Of a stretch of 64,000 bases of DNA, positions 63,074-64,000 are shown in pieces. Below the pieces are notes generated by a model. The model did no database searches. It saw nothing but the letters and a program-made list of their open reading frames with translations, and was not told the origin of the DNA. This DNA comes from Squalus acanthias (taxonomy: Eukaryota): assembly GCA_030390025.1 (NCBI GenBank), contig CM059432.1, positions 80,416,001-80,480,000 on the forward strand, in the 5' to 3' direction. Positions within the stretch are counted from its first letter, which is position 1, and every line of letters begins with the position of its first letter. A program made the translations under genes and the position numbers.

Positions 63074-63660
63074 GGGCCGTATTTTGCGACCCTTACGGGT
63101 GTGTACGAGGTGCGCACGCGCCCGTAGGGGCCGTGCAAGTTCCGGGTTTAGGCATGCGAAGCGCATGCGCGGAAACCCGGCACTTGCGATCTGTCAAGAA
63201 TCCTCTTGACAGATCCTCCGCATCCCCGGGTAAAGAGCCTCTGCGGGTGGAGAGTTGCGCTATTTGCTCAACCTCCGCCCACTGAAAGGCCGTGAAATTC
63301 TTACGCCTGGTAAATGCAGGCGTAAGGCCTGCTTTTACCAGCATAAGAGTTTTAAAAAATAGAAAAATAAAATTTTATCACTCACTTATACATTAATAAC
63401 CCTGTCCAATAAGGTAAGTTTATTTTTAGCCCCGTTAAAACATATAGGGCCGGATTTTCCGACCTCCACAGGTATGTAAGGCCTGCTTTTACCAGCATAA
63501 GAGTTTCAAAAAAAATTTTTTTTTCACTCATTTATAATTTAAAAATACTTTTAAAAAAGGTAAGTTTATTTTCAGCCCTGTAAAAAACTTTAATTATTTT
63601 TTTCAAAAAATAACATTTTTGTTTAAAATATTTAATTTAATGTAATTTTAACTTATTTTA
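63074..63660. mobile_element. Hairpin-bearing MITE family (relative of 9806-10569) with partial tandem duplication
   Basis: Starts GGGCCGTATTTT, three tandem hairpins; restarts at about 63447 with GGGCCGGATTTT and a repeat of 63322-63440. Confidence 0.7.
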
Positions 63661-63668
63661 AATACGTA

Positions 63669-64000
63669 GGGGTAAAAATTCAGTTGGTTGCGCCTCCCGT
63701 TAGCGCCTTAAGAGGGCGCTAATGGGGCGCAAAGCCGCTAACGCCCGGGCGCAGCGATGTTTGCGCCGCTCGGGAACTTAACTTGACATTGTGCGGCGGC
63801 GCTAAAACTTACCGCTGCGACCACCTGCGCGCGCAGATTGTGACGTCATTCCATGGTGCAACGCCCTTGTGGCGCCCCGGAGCGGAAATTGAGTGGCGCC
63901 CCCTGCCTTACCGCCTGGCGCATCCAACGACCAGAAGACTGGAACGCTATCAATCGCTGTGGGGCTGGGGGGGGGGGGGCGCTATTTAAAGGGAGCCTCT
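63669..64000. mobile_element. GC-rich MITE (family of 30798-31540), truncated by window end
   Basis: First ~85 nt closely match 30798-30885. Confidence 0.85.

Overview
This is eukaryotic, repeat-rich vertebrate genomic DNA, most likely from a shark or other cartilaginous fish (inferred from the repeat families). The only host gene I can support is PREX2 (Rac GEF), + strand. Six GT-AG coding exons, equivalent to human exons 2-7, lie at 27138-27209, 27784-27906, 29954-30058, 38373-38474, 39571-39732 and 59569-59702. They encode most of the DH domain and the start of the PH domain, so the window appears to lie wholly inside this gene. Most of the rest is nested transposon debris: several CR1 families, L2 LINEs, an RTE-clade LINE with an inverted 5' part, DeuSINE (SacSINE1-like) copies, Penelope-like ends with minimal hammerhead ribozyme motifs, and a PIF/Harbinger assemblage. 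That assemblage includes transposase and Myb/SANT remnants, a 1.7-kb parent-like element with its deletion derivative, and many 3-bp-TSD MITEs with subterminal hairpins and internal splice donors. The most notable items are a tRNA-headed, apparently ORF1-less CR1-type LINE, covarying hairpins in a MITE family, the hammerhead motifs, and a templated inverted insertion inside a young CR1. No prokaryotic system or CRISPR array is present. Family names come from recalled motifs, not database searches, and most repeat boundaries are approximate.
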